In this document: positions 48,652-56,844 of the stretch, piece by piece
Numbering within the stretch: the first letter of the stretch is position 1
How the letters are laid out: each line of letters opens with the position of its first letter
IMG/VR virus record: IMGVR_UViG_3300045825_000531
Span: 1-56,844 of that record
DNA: 56,844 nt
From: a virus
Taxonomy: Duplodnaviria; Caudoviricetes
Reading direction: 5' to 3' (one strand)
Notes under the pieces: generated by a model
What the model saw: the letters and a program-made list of their open reading frames with translations, nothing else
Told to the model about the DNA's origin: nothing
Databases searched by the model: none
Program-made: the position numbers and the translations under genes

Positions 48652-49899
48652 ATGGCATTAGGCGCACCAAAACAAGCAGGCGAAGGACGTCCAGAAACAA
48701 AACAAGCTACACAAAATCGTGTAATTGAACAAGTTGCTGCTCAAACAGCTCAAGATACAGTTACAGTGGGTTACACTGGACGTGATGTAATGGAAGCACC
48801 AATCGTAAATGCACCATTTGTTCCTGAAACATTTAATGCACAAGTAACGCCAACAGATGATTTCATGCAAAATATTCCACCTGAATTGCGTGCTGAGGTT
48901 GAACGTCAAAAGAATTCAATCGTATTCGGTGATACAAGTACAATTCAAAAGTTCGGGTTTGAGATTGCATCAAATTCTGCTAAGTTTACAAATGATAGTA
49001 CATCATTAATCAAACTTGGTAATGCCGGTTCAATTGGTGATAAACTAAATAACATGATTAAAGTGACAAAATCGCTTGATACATCTGTTCTATTGAGTGA
49101 TAAGAAACCTGGTTTCTTTGGTTCATTATTCGGTAAAGCAAAAGACAGTATTGAAACATTCCGTAACAATCAAAAATCAATCAATGAAGCACTTGAGCAA
49201 ATTGGTCGTAATCTTCTTACTGACCGTGATAACCTTATGGGTGAAAACAAAAAACTCAGTCAGATGTTCGTTGTTAATCAAAAAAATATCAAGATGTTTG
49301 ATGTTATCGTTGCCGCAGGTATGATCAAACAATATGAGATTACAAATCAAGTTCTTCCATCACTTGAGCAAAAAGCACGTGAAAGTGGGTTACCTGAAGA
49401 TGCTAACCAATTTCGTGCCGGACAGAACTTTTTACGCCAACTTGAAGTACGTGTAAGTAACATGAACACAGCTCGTAGCCTTGCAATTCTAACTGAACCA
49501 CAGTTACAAGATATGCAAGACAGTAACAACATGCAATGTGAAAACATTAGTACTATGATTACAGTTGGTTTACCAGCATGGAATCAACAACTTGCAATGT
49601 ATATTTCACAACTTGAGACACGCAAATCTGTTGAGATGACTAATACACTTGGAACAAATATCAATGAGACAATGCGACAAAATGCTATACTTATGGGACA
49701 AAACTCATCAATGATCACAGAAGCGGCAAATCGTCCTTTGATCGAATTGGATACACTTGTTACGATTCAAAATGAGTTGTTCAGTACAATGGACAAAAAC
49801 AAAGCAATCAATGAGCAAGGTAAAATCAAACGTCAAGAATTGGCAACAAAACTTCTTGCAATGGAAAGTGACCTTAAACAAAAATTGTTGAGCAACTAA
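48652..49899 (+). CDS. telA: TelA-like toxic anion resistance protein
   Basis: I..FG, GFFGSLFGK, PQL...Q..N, LPAW..Q; located in the ter cluster. Confidence 0.85.
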   Translation: MALGAPKQAGEGRPETKQATQNRVIEQVAAQTAQDTVTVGYTGRDVMEAPIVNAPFVPETFNAQVTPTDDFMQNIPPELRAEVERQKNSIVFGDTSTIQKFGFEIASNSAKFTNDSTSLIKLGNAGSIGDKLNNMIKVTKSLDTSVLLSDKKPGFFGSLFGKAKDSIETFRNNQKSINEALEQIGRNLLTDRDNLMGENKKLSQMFVVNQKNIKMFDVIVAAGMIKQYEITNQVLPSLEQKARESGLPEDANQFRAGQNFLRQLEVRVSNMNTARSLAILTEPQLQDMQDSNNMQCENISTMITVGLPAWNQQLAMYISQLETRKSVEMTNTLGTNINETMRQNAILMGQNSSMITEAANRPLIELDTLVTIQNELFSTMDKNKAINEQGKIKRQELATKLLAMESDLKQKLLSN

Positions 49900-49909
49900 A
49901 GGATAAACT

Positions 49910-50317
49910 ATGAGATACTTTGCATACGGAGCAAATCTAAACCCATCAAATTTTTGGTATAGATGTCCTGGTGCACAATTCATAGGTCCTACAAAATTAC
50001 AAGATCATTCATTCTTCATCGACACTTTTGGTGTTGCATCAGTTAAAAAATGTATTGGATCTGTTGTATATGGGGTCACGTGGGAAATATCAAAATCTGA
50101 TGAAGAATCGTTAGATAATTATGAAGGTGTATCACAAGGACATTATACAAAAGAGATCATAAAAATTGATGATATTGATACCTTAGTTTATATATCATCA
50201 GATAAAAGAACGGGTTCTGGAAGATCTAGTTATATGCGAGACATAATCATTAATGCAGATACACATGATTTTCCTATTGAGTACATAAGATATCTAGAAA
50301 AGTTATTTAATACTTAA
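49910..50317 (+). CDS. Gamma-glutamylcyclotransferase-like protein
   Basis: YFAYGANL, RCPGA, V.GV.W, LD.YEG. Confidence 0.88.
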   Translation: MRYFAYGANLNPSNFWYRCPGAQFIGPTKLQDHSFFIDTFGVASVKKCIGSVVYGVTWEISKSDEESLDNYEGVSQGHYTKEIIKIDDIDTLVYISSDKRTGSGRSSYMRDIIINADTHDFPIEYIRYLEKLFNT

Positions 50318-50360
50318 TTAAGACTATTATGATATAATTATGTAAAGAAAAAGGATAGAT

Positions 50361-50522
50361 ATGTTCTATATGAGAATCCAACGTGCGAGTGGACCTGACC
50401 TTGAATATACCGAGGATACCGTTGGTGCATTAGTTAAAATTGTTGTAGAATATGCAAAACATTGGCAATTCCTATATAAAGGTCATTTTATCATTCGACA
50501 TGATGGTAAGGCTGTGTTTTGA
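50361..50522 (+). CDS. Small hypothetical protein (53 aa)
   Basis: Promoter at 50318-50338, AAGGA RBS. Confidence 0.55.
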   Translation: MFYMRIQRASGPDLEYTEDTVGALVKIVVEYAKHWQFLYKGHFIIRHDGKAVF

Positions 50523-50686
50523 ACGAAGCAAAAGAATTAGTACTTGATATAATTAAAGATTATAATCTAATTGATATCTACAAGTATGATGAACGAAAAA
50601 CTGAACGTGAAAATTTAAAAGGTATTATTAATTACTTGATTCTATCTGAACAAGATGAAGATACCTGGATATGAAGGAATGAATGG

Positions 50687-51706
50687 ATGGAACCTACTGC
50701 ATTAAAACTTGGTAACAAAACACCAAAATCAATAGAACCAGCTACTGAGTTCGTCCCTTCATCTCTAAAGATGACAAATATTACTATCGAGGCACCATTA
50801 CCTATATCTCGTCCTATTATGAATGAGTCGTGTGGTATCGAACCGTTTGCGCCATCGGCATTATCAATGAAACCAAAAAAAGTTATCGATTCTGGACCTA
50901 ACCCACTTGAGATTAAAAATCCACATGATCTACGATTCATGTATTATGTTCAAGAGAAAAAATTTGATTTAAGTATCGAGTATATCAGATCAAAAATTCC
51001 AGGATTTACTACTTTTATGTATTCACAAATCCGTCCTATCCTAGATAATCTTGAGAGAACAAATGTGAATAATCAAGATATTGATGTTCTAGATTTAGGA
51101 AAATTCCTGCAGGAAACCATTGCGACAAAATCACTTGAGATTAATCGTATTAATGGGCATGAATTAATCGCTGAGATTCAGATATCACATAACATGATTG
51201 TTGAATGTGTAGAAATGAGTGCAAAAAAATCATTCTTTGGTTCGATTACGGATACATTATTTGGTAAGACAATTAAACATGATGATGTTCAAGGAATTAT
51301 CAAGAATGAGATGTCTAAGAATAAAGCATATAGGACACAGATTTCTGAACTGATGCAAAAATATCCACGTTATGAAGATCAATTAATTAAATTACGTTCA
51401 GAAATGATGATGTATATTGAAGTGGCAAAACTTCTTATTGCAGAATTTGAAGCTGAAGGTTTCATGTCAAATATTGATTTAATCAATCGTCGTATATCAT
51501 CATTGTTTAATTCAAACGCAGTTCTTGAAACGGCAATAGGTATTGCAAAAATGAATATACAAAAACTAAGTCTTTACGGAGATAACATTGATAATATCCT
51601 AAATGTTCTTATGCCAACATTATTAACTAAAATGAGTCTTGCACAAACAAATGATGAGGATTACATTATCTTATCAGAACAAATTATTCAGAAACTGAAA
51701 GGTTAA
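50687..51706 (+). CDS. Helical protein, possibly divergent TelA-like
   Basis: KKSFFGSITDTLFG, long coiled coils, ter context. Confidence 0.45.
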   Translation: MEPTALKLGNKTPKSIEPATEFVPSSLKMTNITIEAPLPISRPIMNESCGIEPFAPSALSMKPKKVIDSGPNPLEIKNPHDLRFMYYVQEKKFDLSIEYIRSKIPGFTTFMYSQIRPILDNLERTNVNNQDIDVLDLGKFLQETIATKSLEINRINGHELIAEIQISHNMIVECVEMSAKKSFFGSITDTLFGKTIKHDDVQGIIKNEMSKNKAYRTQISELMQKYPRYEDQLIKLRSEMMMYIEVAKLLIAEFEAEGFMSNIDLINRRISSLFNSNAVLETAIGIAKMNIQKLSLYGDNIDNILNVLMPTLLTKMSLAQTNDEDYIILSEQIIQKLKG

Positions 51707-51707
51707 T

Positions 51708-52004
51708 ATGGAAAAGAAATATGGGTGGAGAATTGGAACAAGCAGAGATGGTGAGTATTCACTATGGAAAATTCGTGATAACGAGGTATTACAACTCGCA
51801 AGACATACGTTTGACTACGTGCAACTTGATGAATCTGAGTGTCCTGATTATGAAAAATTAAAGAGATATGGCACTAGAACATTCATGCAGGTAAGAATCA
51901 AAGCATTGAAAAATGAGATAAAAGATAAAGCTAATGAATTAGATAGGTTAGAAGAAGAACTTACAAAATTTGATTATGGTATAGAGGAAGAAAATGACAC
52001 TTAA
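51708..52004 (+). CDS. Hypothetical protein
   Basis: Tightly packed ORF. Confidence 0.55.
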   Translation: MEKKYGWRIGTSRDGEYSLWKIRDNEVLQLARHTFDYVQLDESECPDYEKLKRYGTRTFMQVRIKALKNEIKDKANELDRLEEELTKFDYGIEEENDT

Positions 52005-52362
52005 AGAAAAATTACGAGATATAGATTTCTATATTGAACGTATCATGGAAAATACACCTGTTGAATATCGGGATGATGTTGTAAAACATATCATCAAAAA
52101 AATTGACAAACAAGAACCTAATATGATGTCTGCAAGCGAGATGTCTGAGAATGGATTGATAGTTTTGATCAACTATAGATTTCTTCACCCCCTTGGTCTT
52201 GCATTAGCGTGGAATCCTGATAGAAATAGAATCTCAGGATGTATCGTTGCACCTGATTTTAAATGGGAATATGATGAACAAACACTTGAATCTAATCGTG
52301 AAAAATATAATAATTTCATTGATAATCAAGAGAAAATTCTTACAACGATATTGGAGAGATAA
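51994..52362 (+). CDS. Hypothetical protein
   Basis: GL...IN..FLHPLGLAL phage motif; RBS. Confidence 0.65.
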   Translation: MTLKEKLRDIDFYIERIMENTPVEYRDDVVKHIIKKIDKQEPNMMSASEMSENGLIVLINYRFLHPLGLALAWNPDRNRISGCIVAPDFKWEYDEQTLESNREKYNNFIDNQEKILTTILER

Positions 52363-52490
52363 AATGAACGAGAAAGAAAAGATCAAAATCCAACAAGTGA
52401 TTATGTTAAACACTAATAACTATTATTCTTGTTGGATTTTGATCTTTCTTCCAGTACCATTTTTGATTATAAATTTTATATGGAGTAATT

Positions 52491-52928
52491 ATGAATAACC
52501 TATATCCTTGGGATACAGCACCAGATGGTGGAAGTATGAGTGAGCAATATCCATGGGACATAACACCAGATATGTCTGCAAAAGAAAAATGTGATGCATA
52601 TGCAGAATTCATGGAAAAACGATATGGTAGAATCTTTGAGTACATAGTACAATACAAATGGCCTGAGAAATGTAGACCTACAATTAATCCTGATCATGTA
52701 TTTACTACAATAGGTTTCTACAAGAGTATTGGTGAGTTTTTGATGTGGAATCCTGGTCTCATAAATTATTCAATGTTTGAACTTGTAATGAATACAGAGA
52801 AGGAACGACCAAGGGAAATGGATCTTTATAAGAAAGAAACATATTATCAGGCAATTGAGAACGGTTATAAAGTAGAGTTTGAAGAACTACTTAGGTGGCA
52901 CCTGATGGCTATTACTATGAATTCTTAA
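52491..52928 (+). CDS. Hypothetical protein
   Basis: GGAG RBS; duplicated YPWD. Confidence 0.6.
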   Translation: MNNLYPWDTAPDGGSMSEQYPWDITPDMSAKEKCDAYAEFMEKRYGRIFEYIVQYKWPEKCRPTINPDHVFTTIGFYKSIGEFLMWNPGLINYSMFELVMNTEKERPREMDLYKKETYYQAIENGYKVEFEELLRWHLMAITMNS

Positions 52929-52988
52929 ACTTCTTCTAAGTTTAATATGATATAATTGTTGTATCAAAAGAATGAAAGAAGGATATAC

Positions 52989-53162
52989 ATGGAAGCATTA
53001 GCAAACGTTGGAATTAGTTGGTCATTATGGGTGACTTGTGCATTTTGGTTTCTCTTAGTTGGTGTTAACTGGAGTTCTCGTAATTTAGATCCTGTTAGAT
53101 TGTTTTTCTTTATCTTCGCACCAGTACCAGTCATTTTATTCGATTTCCTGTTAGGAAAGTAA
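52989..53162 (+). CDS. Small two-TM membrane protein
   Basis: Promoter at 52936-52956, AAGGA RBS. Confidence 0.55.
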   Translation: MEALANVGISWSLWVTCAFWFLLVGVNWSSRNLDPVRLFFFIFAPVPVILFDFLLGK

Positions 53163-53241
53163 ATGGATATATTTAAGGGAACAGTGGCAATCATGTTGAG
53201 TATTGCCTTGTATCAATTGATTATTACTGTAAGGAAACATT

Positions 53242-53493
53242 ATGAGAACAAGTAATGATGTAATAGCAGATTTGACATTCAACGATAAAGTCCAAATCTT
53301 GAAAGAATACAAAACGTTACAAGAGACAGGTGCATTAGGTGAATCTATGATTAGAACGCTTGCGGGTGATGAGGTTTTCGGCTTCGGTGGTATTGTCCTT
53401 AATATGATTAATGTTGCAAACATTGTAGCACATCAACTTGCAGACGAGTATATTACAAAAGAAATCTACGGAACAACTAGAGTAACCCGATGA
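53242..53493 (+). CDS. Hypothetical protein
   Basis: AAGGA RBS. Confidence 0.6.
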   Translation: MRTSNDVIADLTFNDKVQILKEYKTLQETGALGESMIRTLAGDEVFGFGGIVLNMINVANIVAHQLADEYITKEIYGTTRVTR

Positions 53494-53732
53494 GTACAAC
53501 AAAAAATATCGCTTTATTGGCGACGGCGCTAGCCACAGGTGCATTAACAGAAAGTGCAATTGAAGATGAATTTGGTTCAGGTGTTCTTTCAACTGTTCTT
53601 GCATATACAGGTGGTTCGGTTGGTGCAGGTTTGGCAACAGCAGTTGTGTCAGGTGTTCTTGATACTAATATTGGTCGTGGAGTAACATCAACAGTTGATG
53701 ATGTTGTCGGCGGATTCTTCGATTTATTTTAA
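53490..53732 (+). CDS. Glycine-zipper-like small protein
   Basis: GxxxG/AxxxG-rich; ATGA overlap. Confidence 0.55.
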   Translation: MSTTKNIALLATALATGALTESAIEDEFGSGVLSTVLAYTGGSVGAGLATAVVSGVLDTNIGRGVTSTVDDVVGGFFDLF

Positions 53733-53742
53733 AAGGAAAGTC

Positions 53743-54408
53743 ATGAAGTTAAATAAAGGTTCGTCAATTCATCTTGCAAAAGATGATGACAATTTATCAG
53801 AAGTAACGGTAGGGTGTTCATGGGGCGAGTATGGTCATAATGTTGACGTAGACGCAATGGTATTTTTCTTGGACGATAATAGTTCACATAATCGTTTGGT
53901 TGATGTTGTATATTACGGTAATCGTACTGAGAGTCGTGAATACGTTAAACATTATGGTGATGATACCACGGGTTCAAATAAACAACATGAGTCAGATAAT
54001 GAAGTTATCTTCTTGAAACTTGATAAGATTCCTGCAAGAGTTACTTCGGTTGCCGTTGTTCTTAATGCATACACTGGTGAAAAACTTTCACGTGTTCCTA
54101 CGCTAAAATGTCGTGTATATTCAGGTAAACCAGGTGAGGTTCAAGATGTCCTCGGAACGTTTGATATATCTGAACAAGGTAAACTTAATACAACATCAGT
54201 TGTAGTTGGTTATTTTGAAAAAGATTCTGCGAATGAATGGAACTTCCGTGCAGATGGTGAAGCATTACAAGCACATCGTATTGAACAATTAAAACATGGA
54301 TTCAACCAACCAAGAACTATTGAAGCACAATATCAAGCAGCAGTTACCTCCCAACCAGTTAAACATGATGGAAGTGTTATTGGTTTTATTAAAGGATTAT
54401 TCACATGA
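53743..54408 (+). CDS. TerD/TerZ-family protein
   Basis: VGCSWG, VDVDA, HYGDDTTG, DNEVI, W.FRA. Confidence 0.85.
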   Translation: MKLNKGSSIHLAKDDDNLSEVTVGCSWGEYGHNVDVDAMVFFLDDNSSHNRLVDVVYYGNRTESREYVKHYGDDTTGSNKQHESDNEVIFLKLDKIPARVTSVAVVLNAYTGEKLSRVPTLKCRVYSGKPGEVQDVLGTFDISEQGKLNTTSVVVGYFEKDSANEWNFRADGEALQAHRIEQLKHGFNQPRTIEAQYQAAVTSQPVKHDGSVIGFIKGLFT

Positions 54409-54986
54409 AACTAACAAAAAACAGTTCAATCAAATTGACAAAAGACTCGGATTCATTACGTCGTGTACGAGTTGTGCTTGATTGGCAAGCACCAGATAAT
54501 ACTAACTTAGGTCGTTTTGACCTTGATGCTGAGTGTTTCGGGTTGGTAAAAAGTGAGATTGCATCAGGATATGAGTTGTTTGAAGATGATTACTTCGTCT
54601 TTTACGATAACTTGTCTACTGATAACAAAAGTGTTGTTCATTCCGGTGATGATAAAACAGGTGCAGATGGTGAGACAATTACGGTTGATCTTACAAAAAT
54701 TCCAGATGCAATTGACAATCTTACATTCTTTGTAACGATTCACAAAGCGTTCAAGCGTAAACAATCTTTTGGTCAAGTTCGTGATTCAGTTATCCGTATC
54801 TTTGATGACATTGAAGGTGATATGATTGCAGAGTATAAACTCAATGAGATGTTTAATGATGAAACAGCAGTACAATTCGGTACAATCTATCGTTCAGAAG
54901 ATGGTTGGGATTTCAAAGCAATTGGTGTCGGGTATCGTCAAGAATTACAAGACATTCTTGAAGCTTACGGCGTAGAAATAGAATAA
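54405..54986 (+). CDS. terD: TerD-family protein
   Basis: FDLDA, FVFYDN, HSGDDKTG.DGE, FGQV, W.FKAIG.GY. Confidence 0.9.
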   Translation: MKLTKNSSIKLTKDSDSLRRVRVVLDWQAPDNTNLGRFDLDAECFGLVKSEIASGYELFEDDYFVFYDNLSTDNKSVVHSGDDKTGADGETITVDLTKIPDAIDNLTFFVTIHKAFKRKQSFGQVRDSVIRIFDDIEGDMIAEYKLNEMFNDETAVQFGTIYRSEDGWDFKAIGVGYRQELQDILEAYGVEIE

Positions 54987-55144
54987 AGGAAAAATAATGA
55001 ATATTGTGGATACAAATGATGATTTCGATGTTTATTTTGAGCTTACATTGGTTAAAGATGGCGAAGCAAACTACATAGAATCTTAAAGCTTATTTTAAGA
55101 TTCTTCTGATATAATTATCGTATAAAAACAAAAGGAAAGAAAAG

Positions 55145-56203
55145 ATGGGTAATACAAAAAGTACAGCATCGTATTTTACGATGAGTGGAATTGTCACATT
55201 AGTGGCAATGGTGTTAGGTTATGTGTATGGGTTGTATATCACCAATGGTGATGTAGGTAAAGCATTAGAGATGACCACGTTGATTGGTATTCTTGGTATT
55301 CTTGAGGTGTCACTATCATTTGATAATGCTATTGTAAATGCGAAGGTTATCGCAACTATGGATACGGTGTGGCAAAAACGTTTTGTTACCTGGGGTATGT
55401 TAATTGCAGTGTTTGGTATGCGTATCGTTTTTCCATTAGGAATTGTAGCGGTTATCGGTCATATGGGTATTTTCGAAGCAGGTCAGTTAGCGTTTAGTGA
55501 TCCTGCAGAATATGCACGTGTATTAACAGCATCACATATTGAGATTGCCGGTTTCGGTTCAATGTTCCTTTTGCTTGTAGCACTTGGATTCTTCTTTGAT
55601 GCTGAGCGTGATGTTTATTGGATTGCTTCACTTGAAAAAGGTTTACAAAAAATTGGTGCATTACGTTCGTCAGAAATTATCGTTACTTTCGTAGCGTTAC
55701 TTATCGCAACGTTCTATGTTCTTCCTGAGAATGAGCAACTTCGTTTCTTATCAGCAGGTGTAATCGGTATTCTTGCTCATGAGTTGGTTAAAGCATTAGG
55801 TGATCTTATGGACGCCGGTGAAGATGCAACAGTAGCGGTTGCAAAAGCAGGATTGGCAACATTCCTTTACCTTGAAGTACTTGATGCATCATTCTCATTT
55901 GATGGTGTTATTGGTGCGTTCGTTATTACAAACGATATTGTTGTAATTGCATTAGGACTTGGTATTGGTGCAATGTTCGTTCGTTCACTTACTTTGATGT
56001 TCGTAGCAAAAAATACACTTACTGAGTTCAAATATCTTGAACACGGTGCATTCTGGTCAATCCTTGCACTTGCAGTTATTATGTGTTTATCAACAGTACA
56101 TGAGATTCCTGAGATCGTAACTGGTGGATTAGCGGCACTCTTGATTGGTGGTGCATTGATCTGGTCAATCATCAAAAAAGAAGCAGACGAAATTCTTGAA
56201 TAA
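55145..56203 (+). CDS. DUF475/TerC-like integral membrane protein
   Basis: LEVSLSFDNAIVNA, LEVLDASFSFDGVIGAF, YLEHGA; promoter at 55095-55115. Confidence 0.92.
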   Translation: MGNTKSTASYFTMSGIVTLVAMVLGYVYGLYITNGDVGKALEMTTLIGILGILEVSLSFDNAIVNAKVIATMDTVWQKRFVTWGMLIAVFGMRIVFPLGIVAVIGHMGIFEAGQLAFSDPAEYARVLTASHIEIAGFGSMFLLLVALGFFFDAERDVYWIASLEKGLQKIGALRSSEIIVTFVALLIATFYVLPENEQLRFLSAGVIGILAHELVKALGDLMDAGEDATVAVAKAGLATFLYLEVLDASFSFDGVIGAFVITNDIVVIALGLGIGAMFVRSLTLMFVAKNTLTEFKYLEHGAFWSILALAVIMCLSTVHEIPEIVTGGLAALLIGGALIWSIIKKEADEILE

Positions 56204-56255
56204 ATTGAACCTTGACCTTTCTGGGTCAAGACTTGAGTTTATTAAAAGGATAGAT

Positions 56256-56441
56256 ATGGAATGGTTGTTAATGATTATATTGGTAAGCGGTGAAACAGAT
56301 AATCTTGTTATCCAGCAATATGAGAAAAAAGAAGAATGTGCTCAAGCTAAGCAATGGTTACTCACAAATGAAACAAGTACTGCAAGAATACAATGTTTTC
56401 CTCATACAAAAGTAATAGTTCTAAATAAGGCGGTAGATTAA
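56256..56441 (+). CDS. Small hypothetical protein
   Basis: AAGGA RBS before MEWLLMII. Confidence 0.55.
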   Translation: MEWLLMIILVSGETDNLVIQQYEKKEECAQAKQWLLTNETSTARIQCFPHTKVIVLNKAVD

Positions 56442-56800
56442 TGGATATTTTAAAACTCACTGATGTAACAGATGGAATATCAGATGAAAAATTCCTAGAA
56501 TTTTTCGGTGGTAAGGTTGATAATTCAATCGTTGGATTAGATGATAATGCGTTACTTACAGGTGATGTAATTTTACTTAAAGTATTAAAAAACAAAAATG
56601 TAACTTTATATGCAAGTGTAAGCAATGATATAGTACGAATCTCGGGACATCTTAGTTATGAAGATTCATGGTCTGATAAAGATGAACGTATCGGAGTTCG
56701 ATTGATCAAAGGATTGATCAATGGTGAATATGAAACTGCAGTTATTGAAAAAACACCAACTGAATCTATTATTATTCTTATACCTAAAGAAATTCTTTAA
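56441..56800 (+). CDS. Hypothetical protein
   Basis: TAATG coupling. Confidence 0.6.
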   Translation: MDILKLTDVTDGISDEKFLEFFGGKVDNSIVGLDDNALLTGDVILLKVLKNKNVTLYASVSNDIVRISGHLSYEDSWSDKDERIGVRLIKGLINGEYETAVIEKTPTESIIILIPKEIL

Positions 56801-56844
56801 TTATATTATAAGCTTCTTTATTGTATAATTATTGTATAAGAAAA

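Noticed and set aside
279-56625. Numerous 60-156 aa antisense or alternate-frame ORFs in the track (e.g. 1122-1397, 28380-28850, 55867-56229)
   Set aside because: Shadows of well-supported genes, with no RBS or recognisable motifs
1-56844. CRISPR array, rRNA, stand-alone tRNAs, stop-codon recoding
   Set aside because: No spaced repeat array or cloverleaf seen; genes are full length in code 11 and TAA, TAG and TGA all terminate genes

Overview
AT-rich 56.8 kb segment of a large T4-like myovirus genome. The host is probably in Campylobacterota, inferred from TTAAG-N10/11-TATAAT promoters with an extended TG and from AAGGA ribosome-binding sites. Core T4-type genes are nrdB/nrdA, tail sheath gp18, gp3, late sigma gp55, gp47/gp46, gp33, gp59, gp44 and uvsX. 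Two core genes are interrupted. gp18 carries a group I intron (21619-22966) whose HNH gene lies in the P1 loop, and uvsX is fractured into two genes joined by a naturally split intein with a GIY-YIG gene between them. Accessory content includes a tmRNA, Acb1, a GGDEF protein, a macrodomain, SLOG, MazG-like, ClpP-like, QueD, queuosine-salvage and GH108 genes, and a TerD/TelA/TerC cluster. The least explained features are three. (1) A highly structured ~285 nt non-coding RNA candidate follows a DUF2828/TROVE-like gene and precedes a late operon of four paralogous ADP-ribosyltransferase-like genes, a P-loop kinase, a TROVE fragment, a nucleotidyltransferase and a ligase-like/HxGH fusion. (2) About 14 enzyme-like or unknown proteins share an N-terminal M-x-F-x-x-F-(L/I)-x-E motif resembling the T4 capsid-targeting sequence, suggesting an injected effector set. 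(3) A covarying RNA leader is shared by two unrelated homing endonuclease genes. All protein family calls come from motif recognition by eye, not database searches.
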